Source: an uncultured delta proteobacterium (lineage in GTDB: Bacteria; Myxococcota_A; Polyangia; Polyangiales; Houyiibacteriaceae). From it: a stretch of 64,000 bases of DNA. Positions 9,240 to 18,566 of the stretch are shown here, piece by piece. The stretch is taken from assembly GCA_963699755.1 (NCBI GenBank), contig CAVOVB010000001.1, positions 736,001 to 800,000 of the forward strand, written 5' to 3'. A model generated the notes under the pieces. It was not told the DNA's origin, did no database searches, and saw nothing but the letters and a program-made list of their open reading frames with translations. The position numbers were made by a program, and so were the translations under genes. Each line of letters starts with the position of its first letter. Positions within the stretch are counted from its first letter, which is position 1.

Positions 9240-11201
9240 GTGAAAACTAGTTGGATCGCAGTAGTCGCCATGATGGCGGCCTTGTTGTCAACGGGGCAGG
9301 TGGCTGCGCAATACGGACCGGAAGAGATCGGAGCCGAGGAGTCTCCCATCGTAGACCCAGATGTCGTCCCCGATGACTCTATGTCGGAGCTCGACAAGAT
9401 CAGAGCGATGGACGCCGGGTCCGAGACCAAGACGGTCCCCGGAGCGCGGCCTCCGAGCGTGACTTCGGGCTCAGCGGTCGGCGAGGCCGGCATGGGCACC
9501 GAGGCTTCGGAACGTGAGCGCGCACGCAGAAGCATTGGCACTGTGGGTCAAAGCGTTCGCGCAAAAGAAGAAGACGCGATCCCGCTCAAGTTCCAGTTCC
9601 ACGGCTACTATCGGACTCGTTACAACTGGATCGGCAACGCGCCGATGCCCAAGGGCAGCCAGGTGAACCAACCCGGGTTTCCAAGCAAGAACGCTTCGTT
9701 CGGTGAAATGCGTCTGCGTCTCGATCCAGAGGTCACCTATGGGCCCAACCCGGACCTTCCGATCGCGCGTCTTCGCTTTACGATCGACGGTTTGGACAAC
9801 GTCGTCTATGGCGACAACGCGCGTGTCTTCAGCGTCCCGCTCTTCGCCGTCGACCAGTCCAAGACCGACCGCTTCGGAACCGATCTCACCGAGTCGCTGA
9901 AGCTCGAGCGTGCCTGGATCGAGTTCCTGGTTCCGATCGGTCAGATCCGAGTCGGCCGAATGGAATCGCAATGGGGCCCGGGCCTCCTCACGCACGCGGG
10001 CAACGGCCTCGCCGAATGGGGCGAGTTCTACCGCGGCGAGACCTTCGATCGAATTCTGTTCGCCACCAGGCCGATTACCTTGGCGCGCGGCATCAGCAAG
10101 GGAGACACGCGGCAAACCCCGCTGATCTACGCGTTCGTCTACGATCGGCTCACTCAGGACCCCGTCGTGGACTCGGTGGTTTCCTCATCTGCGACCGGGA
10201 GCAACGGGGCGGCGACCAACCCCAACTTCAAGCCCTTCTACACGACCTTCCCCGAGCGCTCGACCTACCCGTTGGCGTTCCTGACGAACCTCGACCGGCG
10301 CGTGAACGAGATCGTGAACGTCCTTGCCTGGTTCGACGAAGACTACGGTCGCGCCGCAACGGATGAGTTCTTCATCGGTGCCTACGCGGTCTACCGATGG
10401 CAGCAGTCGACCAATAGCCGGGTCACCATCCCCGACGTCGCCTGGCGCTTGAAGAGCACGCTCAAGAAGAAACGCAATTTGGCGATCACGACCGAGGGCG
10501 AGTTCTATACGATCCTCGGGCACAGCGGCGCGCTCGGGTTCACGGGGCCTCAGCCTGGTGTCAATCCAAGCTGTCCTCCTGGGCCGTGCAAGGAAGGCGA
10601 AGCACGTATCTTCAATCTCATGGCCCGCCTCGGAGTCATGGACGAGGGCAGCTGGGCGTTCCAGGCCGAAGGCGGCTGGGCATCGGGTGACGACAACATC
10701 TTGTCCGGCGCATTCCCTGGGACTCCCATCGAGAACCCGGCAACGCTCAGGACCCGAGGGTTCAACGAAAACGTCAAGGTCGGCCTCCTGATGTATCAGG
10801 TCGGGCTGAAGGCTCTGACCTACCAGGCCCTGAGCCCGCTCAACGCGCAAGAGCTCGGCGCCAACGGCAGCGTCTGGAACTCGAAGTACATCATGCCGAG
10901 CTACCGCTTCACGATCGTCCCGGGGCTCGAGGTCCATACGCAGTTCCTCGTGGCCTGGGCGGACAAGCTCGACCCGGTGGTCTACGGCGCGGGCAACTTC
11001 AACAGCCAATGTGGCTTCTCGGCCGAGTGTTTCATGGGTTGGGAAGCCGACCTCGCCATCCGCGCCAGGATAGGCGCCAAGGACATCGTCTGGGTCGATT
11101 TGGAATCCGGCATGATGCAACCCAAACAGGCATTCACCAACGCCGGGTTCAACGAGAACTGGCTCTGGACCGTAGAGCTCCGCGCTGCCATGATTTTCTA
11201 G
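9240..11201 (+). CDS. Outer-membrane beta-barrel protein (TIGR04551/alginate-export-like myxobacterial family)
   Basis: GGAGG before GTG 9240, signal peptide, FHGYYRTRY, LERAWIEF, GRMESQWGPGL, DRILFAT, and C-terminal Phe (VELRAAMIF). Confidence 0.7.
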   Translation: MKTSWIAVVAMMAALLSTGQVAAQYGPEEIGAEESPIVDPDVVPDDSMSELDKIRAMDAGSETKTVPGARPPSVTSGSAVGEAGMGTEASERERARRSIGTVGQSVRAKEEDAIPLKFQFHGYYRTRYNWIGNAPMPKGSQVNQPGFPSKNASFGEMRLRLDPEVTYGPNPDLPIARLRFTIDGLDNVVYGDNARVFSVPLFAVDQSKTDRFGTDLTESLKLERAWIEFLVPIGQIRVGRMESQWGPGLLTHAGNGLAEWGEFYRGETFDRILFATRPITLARGISKGDTRQTPLIYAFVYDRLTQDPVVDSVVSSSATGSNGAATNPNFKPFYTTFPERSTYPLAFLTNLDRRVNEIVNVLAWFDEDYGRAATDEFFIGAYAVYRWQQSTNSRVTIPDVAWRLKSTLKKKRNLAITTEGEFYTILGHSGALGFTGPQPGVNPSCPPGPCKEGEARIFNLMARLGVMDEGSWAFQAEGGWASGDDNILSGAFPGTPIENPATLRTRGFNENVKVGLLMYQVGLKALTYQALSPLNAQELGANGSVWNSKYIMPSYRFTIVPGLEVHTQFLVAWADKLDPVVYGAGNFNSQCGFSAECFMGWEADLAIRARIGAKDIVWVDLESGMMQPKQAFTNAGFNENWLWTVELRAAMIF

Positions 11202-11231
11202 TCGCGTAGAACCAAGAGAAAGGAACCAACC

Positions 11232-11960
11232 ATGAAACTAGTCAATCTTATCTGGGTTCTCGCATTGGCTGCCGCGGCAACGGCCTGCAACAGCGGTCCC
11301 GCCATCTCGGGATGCACCGTCGATCCGACGACCGGCTTCTGCTCTGAGGTAGGCGGCGAGTGCGGTCCCGTAGTGGACGCATGCACCAATGCCGAGGACA
11401 CAGCGGTGTACGACGGTCTCATGTACACCGACGAGGAGGAGGTCATGTACACGGGTTCGGAGGCAGCATCCGCCATCGCAGGTGACTGTATCAGCGGCGC
11501 TCCGGGCTCGAATCCGCCGATTCCACGCGAGGACGCCTGCGGCACGTTCGCAGCGGGCGTGCTCGGCTGTTTCCCGAACTGCCCGAGCTGCAGCGCGGCT
11601 GATGCTCCGGCGATTTGCGGCGAAGCGTGCACGCCTCCTGGGCTGGGTGAGCCAGACCCCTGTGGCCTCGGCTTCTATTGTCAACCGGACGAAATGACCT
11701 GCATCGACGCAGTCCAGGCCGCTGCGGACTGCGTCGCCGGGTGCACCGCGACCATCATTACCGCGGCGTCCCCGCCAGGCCTCTCGGACGAATGTCTGGG
11801 ATGCTATGGCACCACGGTGGCCTGCGGTGCGGCCTTCTGCACGAATGTATGCTTGGCAGACCCGGAATCTGCGGCCTGTATCGAATGCCGGTGCACCAAC
11901 AACTGCATTCAGTGTTTCGATGTCTGCTCGGGCCTGCCGAGCGGCGGCGAGTGCGGCTAG
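11232..11960 (+). CDS. Cysteine-rich lipoprotein
   Basis: AAGGA SD, signal with lipobox ATAC, and a dense CxxC/CxxxC C-terminal region. Confidence 0.8.
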   Translation: MKLVNLIWVLALAAAATACNSGPAISGCTVDPTTGFCSEVGGECGPVVDACTNAEDTAVYDGLMYTDEEEVMYTGSEAASAIAGDCISGAPGSNPPIPREDACGTFAAGVLGCFPNCPSCSAADAPAICGEACTPPGLGEPDPCGLGFYCQPDEMTCIDAVQAAADCVAGCTATIITAASPPGLSDECLGCYGTTVACGAAFCTNVCLADPESAACIECRCTNNCIQCFDVCSGLPSGGECG

Positions 11961-11986
11961 GCAAAGCGACATCCGCTGACCAGAAG

Positions 11987-12015
11987 AGGGCGCCCATCGT
12001 GGGTGCCCTTTTTTT
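11987..12015 (+). terminator. Rho-independent terminator, probably bidirectional
   Basis: Hairpin AGGGCGCCCA-TCG-TGGGTGCCCT followed by a T run, lying between convergent genes. Confidence 0.85.
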
Positions 12016-12018
12016 GGT

Positions 12019-12390
12019 TCACCGGGTGCAGGTCAGATCGCTATTCTCCAGAGCGGCCAGGCAAGGATAGGAGTCGAGGTTCACCTGATTGACCCGGTCA
12101 TAGATGTACGGACAATCGAGCTCAGCGGCGCAGGAGAACGTCGCTTCCACCGCCTCGCCACAGGGCGCGGATGTCTGGCGGCCGGCTGCTAGAACTTCTT
12201 CGCAGCTCTGCACACAGACCGCTTGCTCGACGGCGTAGGCCTGACACTCGCCAACGGCCTTCTCACACCAGGCGGTGCAGGTTGGGCCCGGTTCATAGAC
12301 GATGGGCTCCCGATTGGACCCGGCGTCGCCAGCGCAGCCAAGCGCCACAATCGCCATGAGGAGCGAAGAGCCACGAATCAGTCTAAGCAT
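12019..12390 (-). CDS. Small Cys-rich lipoprotein
   Basis: ATG 12390 with GAGG upstream, 9 nt after the dctP stop. MLRLIRGSSLLMAIVALGC lipobox, then CxxWCxK..C and CxxxC pattern. Confidence 0.7.
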   Translation of the reverse strand: MLRLIRGSSLLMAIVALGCAGDAGSNREPIVYEPGPTCTAWCEKAVGECQAYAVEQAVCVQSCEEVLAAGRQTSAPCGEAVEATFSCAAELDCPYIYDRVNQVNLDSYPCLAALENSDLTCTR

Positions 12391-12398
12391 GGTGTACC

Positions 12399-13463
12399 TC
12401 AGTAGTTCTTTCCGACGATCTCCTGAACCCGGATCATCAAGGACTTCGAATAGAGCCGTCCGGCGAGCGAATTCCGCGCGTCGCGTTGGACCGCCTCCCA
12501 GGCTTCCTTGTTGCGCCAGATGTTCACGGACTTGAGCCGCTGAGCGAGCACCTCGCTTGCTTCCTTGTCGGCCCGCCTCCCGCCCTCCCGGAACTCCTGA
12601 GCGTGGTCCTTGGCGCTTTGCCGAATGTGGTCCTGGGCGGCCTTCGGGAGCGCGTCGAGACGGTCCTTCCTGATCACGTAGGCGCCGACGACGATGCCGC
12701 CGCCTGGCTTGGTCATCGTCTTGAGCTTGGTGTGCCACTGAAACGCCAGGACGCCGATCGAGGACGCAATGACCGTATCCACCATTCCCGTCTGAAGGGC
12801 CGAGAACACCTCCGGCAGGCCCATCGTCACACCGTTCGCGCCCGCCGCCTCGATGAATGCGCTCATCGTCGGCGAGCCGCGCCAGACCCAGGGCCTCACG
12901 TTCCTCAAGTCGTCGGGATGCTGAATCTTGTGTTGGGAGAAGATCCGGATTTGCCCCGAGTCTCCCCAAGAGATCAGCTCGTAGCCGGCCTTGTCGAAGA
13001 GTGCGACCAGCTCGGGGCCGAGCTTCTCGCGCACGTCGTCGAGCGCCGGGTAATTGGTAATCAGGCCTGGCGCCTGAAGGACCAGCACCTGGGGTACGAG
13101 CGCGCCGAGGCCGGTGGAGGTCAGGAGCGCGCCATCGAGCTGGCCGACGCGCATCTTGCGAACCACCGTCATCTCGTCGCCGGCCACGCCGCCGTCATAC
13201 ATCTTGAGGTTCACCTGCCCGTGGGCGACCTCTTTGAGCTCCTTTTTGAGACGCTGAAAGGCCTGGCCGAGCTCGGACTGCCTGGGCGCCAAGGTGGCGA
13301 TGCGAAGCTGATGCTGAGGCTCCGCGGACGCGTCGATCTCGACAGCGGTCCCTTGGGCGCCTGGCTCGGGGGCGTCTTCGGCCCGGGCTTCACTCCGAAA
13401 CGAATGCCCGCTGACCAGAACCGCAACGAGAAAAAACGATGGCAAGAAAATACGGACTCGCAT
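12399..13463 (-). CDS. dctP: TRAP transporter substrate-binding protein (DctP/TatP-like)
   Basis: LRIATLAP, GGVAGDE..VVRKMRVGQLDG, and EVFSALQTGMVD with a signal peptide. Start is 13463 or 13478. Confidence 0.85.
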   Translation of the reverse strand: MRVRIFLPSFFLVAVLVSGHSFRSEARAEDAPEPGAQGTAVEIDASAEPQHQLRIATLAPRQSELGQAFQRLKKELKEVAHGQVNLKMYDGGVAGDEMTVVRKMRVGQLDGALLTSTGLGALVPQVLVLQAPGLITNYPALDDVREKLGPELVALFDKAGYELISWGDSGQIRIFSQHKIQHPDDLRNVRPWVWRGSPTMSAFIEAAGANGVTMGLPEVFSALQTGMVDTVIASSIGVLAFQWHTKLKTMTKPGGGIVVGAYVIRKDRLDALPKAAQDHIRQSAKDHAQEFREGGRRADKEASEVLAQRLKSVNIWRNKEAWEAVQRDARNSLAGRLYSKSLMIRVQEIVGKNY

Positions 13464-13493
13464 CCTGAAGCAAAGCACGAACCGCGAATGGTC

Positions 13494-14543
13494 TCAAGAG
13501 CCGCCGCTGGTCGCGCGTATCACCCCGCTGTTGCGCAGATCGAGGCCATCGAGGCAGCCCGAGATGTCTTGGAGCAGTTGTGGCACCGCCGTCGGGTCCG
13601 CGATGGGGTTCACGATGCAGACGTCGATGCCCGCTTCGGCATAGGCGCGAATGCGCGCGCGGATGGTCTCGCGAGCTCCGACGACGGCCATGGCGTCGCA
13701 GAGCCGGTCGCTGACCCCCATGGCCACGCCGGCCCTGTCACCCCTGGCAAAGGCTTCACGGATCTGCCGCGCTTCGTCGCCGTACCCGATCCACTCGAAG
13801 CATTTGTTGTAGCCGGGTGTGGCCGCATACGCACCGAATACGGTTCGGATCAGGTTCCGGCCCATCTCGAGGTCGTCGGCCATCACGACGTGGAGCCGGG
13901 CGACGACTTCGATCGCGCTGGGGTCGCGCCCTGCTTCCTCGGCGCCGGCCCGAACCTCCCCAAGCACTTGCGTGAGCGCCGACTCGGGGACCATGTTGAG
14001 ACAAACCCCGTCGCAAAGGGCGCCGGTCAGGCGCAGCATGCCCTTGTTGAGCGCGCCGAGGTAGATCGGTACCTCCCCGACGGTGGCGCCACCCAGTCGA
14101 AAACCCTTCACCGAGAGGGTCTTGCCTTCGTAGTTAGTCTTCTTGCCGCTCATCATCTGCCGCAGCACCTCGACGTGCTCGCGCATGCGCATGAGTGGCC
14201 TGCCAAAGGGCTGGCCCGCCCAGTCTTTGACGATGTTCGGAGAGGAGAGACCTAGGCCGAGGATGAAGTTGCCACGGGTCATCTGGCTGAGCGTCAGAGC
14301 CGCCATCGCGTGCACCATCGGGGTCCGAGTCTGCGCTGGAACCACCGCAGTCCCAATGCGCATTCCTGGTACGCCCTGCGCAATCGCGCCCGCAAGCGCG
14401 TACGAGTCACCGCCATTGACCTCGGCCATCCAGATCTCTTCATACCCTCGGTCACGGGCGAGCCGCGCCATCTCGACTGCTCTGTCCGCTCCAGCCAGCG
14501 GCAAGGTCATCCCCAGCCGGACGTTCTTTTCCACGCGCTCCAT
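13494..14543 (-). CDS. LLM class flavin (probably F420)-dependent oxidoreductase
   Basis: GYEEIWMAE, RIGTAVVP..TRTP, FILGLG.S, PIYLGALNKGMLRLTGALCDG. Start is ATG 14543 (alternative 14594). Confidence 0.85.
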   Translation of the reverse strand: MERVEKNVRLGMTLPLAGADRAVEMARLARDRGYEEIWMAEVNGGDSYALAGAIAQGVPGMRIGTAVVPAQTRTPMVHAMAALTLSQMTRGNFILGLGLSSPNIVKDWAGQPFGRPLMRMREHVEVLRQMMSGKKTNYEGKTLSVKGFRLGGATVGEVPIYLGALNKGMLRLTGALCDGVCLNMVPESALTQVLGEVRAGAEEAGRDPSAIEVVARLHVVMADDLEMGRNLIRTVFGAYAATPGYNKCFEWIGYGDEARQIREAFARGDRAGVAMGVSDRLCDAMAVVGARETIRARIRAYAEAGIDVCIVNPIADPTAVPQLLQDISGCLDGLDLRNSGVIRATSGGS

Positions 14544-14624
14544 GCAAGGACCATAGTGCAAGACCTCGGTTTCAGGTTCCGATTTTTCGCTCATCTGGTT
14601 CGCAGAAGCTGCTAACAACGGGGG

Positions 14625-16406
14625 ATGACCGATCGCTTCGAGGTTCGCGCTCCGACGCAAGCTCTGGTGATTCATGTCCGCGCCGAAGTCGGTCGAAGGG
14701 TTGCGCCTGGGCAGGCGCTCGTGATCCTCGAGGCGATGAAGATGGAGCACGTCGTGTCCGCAGAGCGGAGCGGTGTCGTCCGACAGGTGCTGGTCGAGGT
14801 CGATGCGATGGTGGCGGCTGGAGATCTGCTCGTCCTTCTGGATGGGGCCGAGGACATCGAGGTGGCCAGGGACGTCGAGGAGGAGGCGCCGCGCGACGAT
14901 CTCCGGGCCGACCTCGCCGAAGTGATTGAGCGACATGGCTTCGGGCTCGACGAGAACCGCCCCGAGGCCGTTGCGAAGCGCCGCAAGACCGGGCAGCGCA
15001 CAGCCCGCGAGAACATCGCGGACCTCGTCGACGAGGGTTCGCTGGTCGAGTATGGCGCGCTGGTCATCGCTGCACAGAGGCGGCGGCGACCGATCGACGA
15101 ATTGATCCGGCGGACGCCGGCCGACGGCATGATCGCAGCCATCGCCCATGTGAACGGCGAAGTCTTCGAGAAGGCACGGACCCAGTGCGTCGTGATGTCC
15201 TACGACTACACGGTCCTCGCCGGTACGCAGGGCACGATGAACCACCTCAAGAAGGACCGGATGTTCGAGCTGGCCGAGAAGCGAAGTCTGCCGGTGGTGC
15301 TCTTTTCGGAGGGCGGAGGCGGGCGTCCCGGCGACACCGATCATGCGATCGTCGCAGGCCTCGATTGTCGCGCGTTTCAGTACTTCGCCGAGCTCTCGGG
15401 AAGGGTTCCGCTCGTCGGCGTCAGCTCGGGCCACTGCTTCGCGGGGAATGCCGCGCTCCTCGGCTGCTGCGACGTGGTGATCGCGACCAAGGGCTCGAAC
15501 ATCGGCATGGGCGGGCCCGCCATGATCGAGGGCGGCGGTCTAGGGGTCTACGCACCCGAAGAGATAGGGCCTTCGGCGTCTCAGTATCGCAATGGCGTGA
15601 TCGACGTGCTGGTCGACGACGACGAAGCCGCCGTTGCGGCCGCAAAGAAATATCTGTCGTACTTTCAGGGCGCCCTCACCGACTGGACCTGCCGAGACCA
15701 GCGCCTGCTTCGCTCGGTGATTCCAGAGAACCGTCTCCGCGTTTACGAAGTGCGTAGGGTCATCGAGACCTTGGCCGACGAGGATTCCGTACTCGAGCTC
15801 AGGGGCGGCTTTGGCGCGGGCATGGTCACCGCCTTGGCTCGGGTCGAAGGCAAGCCCATCGGCGTCCTGGCCAACAATCCCATGCACCTCGGGGGCGCGA
15901 TCGACAGCGAGGCAGCCGACAAGGCGAGCAGCTTCATGAAGCTCTGCAGCACCTTCAGGATCCCGCTGCTCTTCTTGTGCGACACGCCCGGGTTCATGGT
16001 GGGGCCGGAGGCCGAAGAGACGGGACTCGTGAAGCGCGCCGCGAGGCTCTTCACGACGAGCGCAGCGCTCGAGGTTCCCTTCTGCACGATCGTCTTGCGG
16101 AAGGGCTACGGGCTCGGGGCGCAGTCGATGGCAGGCGGCAGCTTCAAAGCGCCGGTGTTCACGATTTCCTGGCCGACCGGCGAGTTCGGCGGCATGGGTC
16201 TCGAAGGTGCGGTGAAGCTCGGTTTTCGAAAAGAGCTCGCGGCGCTTGAAGACCCCGAGGCCCGCGAGCAGATGTTTCAGCGAATGGTGGACAAGCTCTA
16301 CGAGCGCGGAAAAGCGGTCAACATGGCGGCGCACTTCGAAATCGATGCGGTCATCGACCCAGTCGAAAGCCGCCGCTGGATCCTGAGCGCCATCGCGCCG
16401 CCCTAG
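14625..16406 (+). CDS. Biotin carboxyl carrier plus carboxyltransferase fusion (acyl-CoA carboxylase, no BC domain)
   Basis: EAMKM biotinylation motif at the N-terminus, and CT motifs YDYTVLAGTQG, GGGRPGD, GMGGP, DTPGFMVG and RKGYG. Confidence 0.88.
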   Translation: MTDRFEVRAPTQALVIHVRAEVGRRVAPGQALVILEAMKMEHVVSAERSGVVRQVLVEVDAMVAAGDLLVLLDGAEDIEVARDVEEEAPRDDLRADLAEVIERHGFGLDENRPEAVAKRRKTGQRTARENIADLVDEGSLVEYGALVIAAQRRRRPIDELIRRTPADGMIAAIAHVNGEVFEKARTQCVVMSYDYTVLAGTQGTMNHLKKDRMFELAEKRSLPVVLFSEGGGGRPGDTDHAIVAGLDCRAFQYFAELSGRVPLVGVSSGHCFAGNAALLGCCDVVIATKGSNIGMGGPAMIEGGGLGVYAPEEIGPSASQYRNGVIDVLVDDDEAAVAAAKKYLSYFQGALTDWTCRDQRLLRSVIPENRLRVYEVRRVIETLADEDSVLELRGGFGAGMVTALARVEGKPIGVLANNPMHLGGAIDSEAADKASSFMKLCSTFRIPLLFLCDTPGFMVGPEAEETGLVKRAARLFTTSAALEVPFCTIVLRKGYGLGAQSMAGGSFKAPVFTISWPTGEFGGMGLEGAVKLGFRKELAALEDPEAREQMFQRMVDKLYERGKAVNMAAHFEIDAVIDPVESRRWILSAIAPP

Positions 16407-17875
16407 CCCTCGAGAGACGCGTGGACCTCGTGGGCTGCCCGCGCTCCGGCGGAAATCGCTCCATCCATGTAGCCGCACCAGCGCTTGGCGCTCTCGGTGC
16501 CAGCCCAGAAGATCCGCCCGCTCGGTTTTCGCAGATGCTCGCCGCCGGCTGTGAGCACGCCCGGGGTCAGCGGGGTGATGCAGCCGGTGCTCCAGGGGTC
16601 GGCCGCCCAGTCCTTTTCGACGTAGCCGGTCGCATCGAGGGCTTTGGGCCCAAAATAGCGCTCGAGCTCCTTTTTCAATCCCGCCTCTCGCGCCTTGCGA
16701 TCGGCGAGCTGCGGACACTCGACCACCGAGAGGAAGCAACTGAGCACGCCGAGCGACCCGTCCTTCGGGGAATTGTCGAAGACCAGTTGGATCGGGCTTC
16801 GGTCGCTCTGCATCGCGCCGTTGAGCCCGTCCGCCCGCCAAAACGGGCGCTCGTACAACATGGCGGCCTTGATGAGTGGCAGGCGTGGCAGCCGCGACCA
16901 AGCGGTGGCGAGGTCTTGTCGAGGCTTCGGCAAGGCCGGTGCGAACTCGATGCGGGTCGTGTCGGCGGGCGCCATCGCGACGATGACACGGTCGGCGGTG
17001 AAGGTTTCGGCCGCGGTCACGATGCGCATCCGTTCCGGAGCCCGATCCTCGATGCGAAGCACGGGACGGCCGAGAAGGACGCGACCGCCGAGCTCGGCCG
17101 CCATTCGCTCCGAGATGACCTGCGAGCCTCCTTCGATGCGCTGGTCCTGAGCGCCCCCATCGTTCATGATCACCGGCAAGAGTCCTCCGGCCGAGCGGAG
17201 ATAGTGCAGGACCCAGAGGAGCGAGATGCGCTCGGGGTAGCCAGACCAGACCGCGCGGCTGATCAAACGAAATACCGAGGGCGTGAAGCTGGTTGCCACG
17301 TGCTCGCGGAGCCAGTCTCCCAAGGTGGTCTGGTCGAGCGTCGTCGCATCGTTCATGCGCCAAGGCTCGCCGACCGGCATCTTCTTGCTGAGGCGGTCGA
17401 GCTGCCAGGCGACTTTGGCGAAATCGGCTGCCTCAAAGAGGCTGACCTCAGGCAAGAGCCCGCGTGAGATGAGACCTTCGATGTCGTAGGTCGTGTCGCC
17501 CTCGTAGTACTGATCGAAGGCGCCGATCCCGAGCTCGTCGATCAGAGCGGCAATCGCGTCTTGCCCTGGTCCAATCCATTCGCCGCCAACTTCGACGATC
17601 TGTCCGCCTCCTATCGGCATGTTGAGCGTCCGGCCGCCCACGCGTTCCCGGGCTTCGAGGACCAGAAACGAATCCACGCCGCGTTTTTGAAGCTCGCGGC
17701 CGGCCATGAGACCCGAGAGCCCGCCGCCGATGACGATCACGTTCAGGTGGCGGGTCTCAGCAACTCCTTCATCGGGCGCGACGGCATGCACCAGAGCCGG
17801 CGCCCCGATCGAGGCCGCCGCCGCTGCGCCTCCGGTCACGTGGACGAACCGCCTGCGGCTCAATCGCTCGTTCAT
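16403..17875 (-). CDS. Tat-exported flavin monoamine oxidase family protein
   Basis: Tat motif SRRRFV, GGGLSG dinucleotide fold, EARERVGGR, and AGTE...GYMDGA. Start is ATG 17875. Confidence 0.88.
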   Translation of the reverse strand: MNERLSRRRFVHVTGGAAAAASIGAPALVHAVAPDEGVAETRHLNVIVIGGGLSGLMAGRELQKRGVDSFLVLEARERVGGRTLNMPIGGGQIVEVGGEWIGPGQDAIAALIDELGIGAFDQYYEGDTTYDIEGLISRGLLPEVSLFEAADFAKVAWQLDRLSKKMPVGEPWRMNDATTLDQTTLGDWLREHVATSFTPSVFRLISRAVWSGYPERISLLWVLHYLRSAGGLLPVIMNDGGAQDQRIEGGSQVISERMAAELGGRVLLGRPVLRIEDRAPERMRIVTAAETFTADRVIVAMAPADTTRIEFAPALPKPRQDLATAWSRLPRLPLIKAAMLYERPFWRADGLNGAMQSDRSPIQLVFDNSPKDGSLGVLSCFLSVVECPQLADRKAREAGLKKELERYFGPKALDATGYVEKDWAADPWSTGCITPLTPGVLTAGGEHLRKPSGRIFWAGTESAKRWCGYMDGAISAGARAAHEVHASLEG

Positions 17876-18528
17876 GGTGCCGGGCACCCCTTCCCAGCGG
17901 CCAGCCAGGCGACGATGACGCGAAGCTGGTCGACCCTCATCGCATCCACCACACCTTGCATGATCGCATCGGCGTCGCCGCGCGTGCCCGCGGCCGCTTC
18001 TTCGAGACGACGCTCGAGGTACCGGGGGTATTGTCCGCAAAGTCGAGACGCAAATATGCCATCGCTTCCCTCTCCATGTGCGCCATGACACGAAGCACAG
18101 TGCTGGGCGTAGGCGCTCGCGCCTCGCGCTCGCTCATCTTCGCTGGCATGGCTCGGCGCGACCTCGATCTCGGGCAGCTCGGAGAGGTACTTTGCGATGT
18201 CGCCGATCTCTTCGGGCGGCAAGGTCCTCGCGTACGGATCCATCACCGGAAGGCGCATCATCCCTGCCCTCAGCCGATAGAGCTTGTTCTCGATCACCGC
18301 GCGCCGTTGCCCGGCCAGGCGCGGGATGGACCCGTCCGGCCTGCCACTGCCGTCGTGTAGATGACAAGAGGCGCAATGCGCATATGCAGCCGGCTCAGCG
18401 GCTGGCGTCTGGTCGTGTAAAACCTCGGCAATGCGCGCGGCCTCCGCCGCACTAGGCCCACGTGAGATCAGCCAGAACCCGACAACAAGGCAGAGCAAGA
18501 CGAGGAGCGCCACGACCGTGATGAACAT
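17872..18528 (-). CDS. Membrane-anchored di-heme cytochrome c (c4/c553-like)
   Basis: Two CASCH heme motifs, PRLAGQ/RLCGQ loops, candidate axial Met in each domain, and an N-terminal hydrophobic anchor. Alternative start GTG 18534. Confidence 0.88.
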   Translation of the reverse strand: MFITVVALLVLLCLVVGFWLISRGPSAAEAARIAEVLHDQTPAAEPAAYAHCASCHLHDGSGRPDGSIPRLAGQRRAVIENKLYRLRAGMMRLPVMDPYARTLPPEEIGDIAKYLSELPEIEVAPSHASEDERARGASAYAQHCASCHGAHGEGSDGIFASRLCGQYPRYLERRLEEAAAGTRGDADAIMQGVVDAMRVDQLRVIVAWLAAGKGCPAP

Positions 18529-18566
18529 GCGCACTGCGCGCGAGAGCTTACCAGAGGATTCGGGTC

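Noticed and set aside
12486..14255. Long antisense or alternative-frame ORFs (e.g. 12486-14255 +, 15540-17363 -, 19201-20730 +, 42482-44557 +)
   Set aside because: Shadow ORFs of high-GC coding genes. They have no motifs and overlap well-supported genes.
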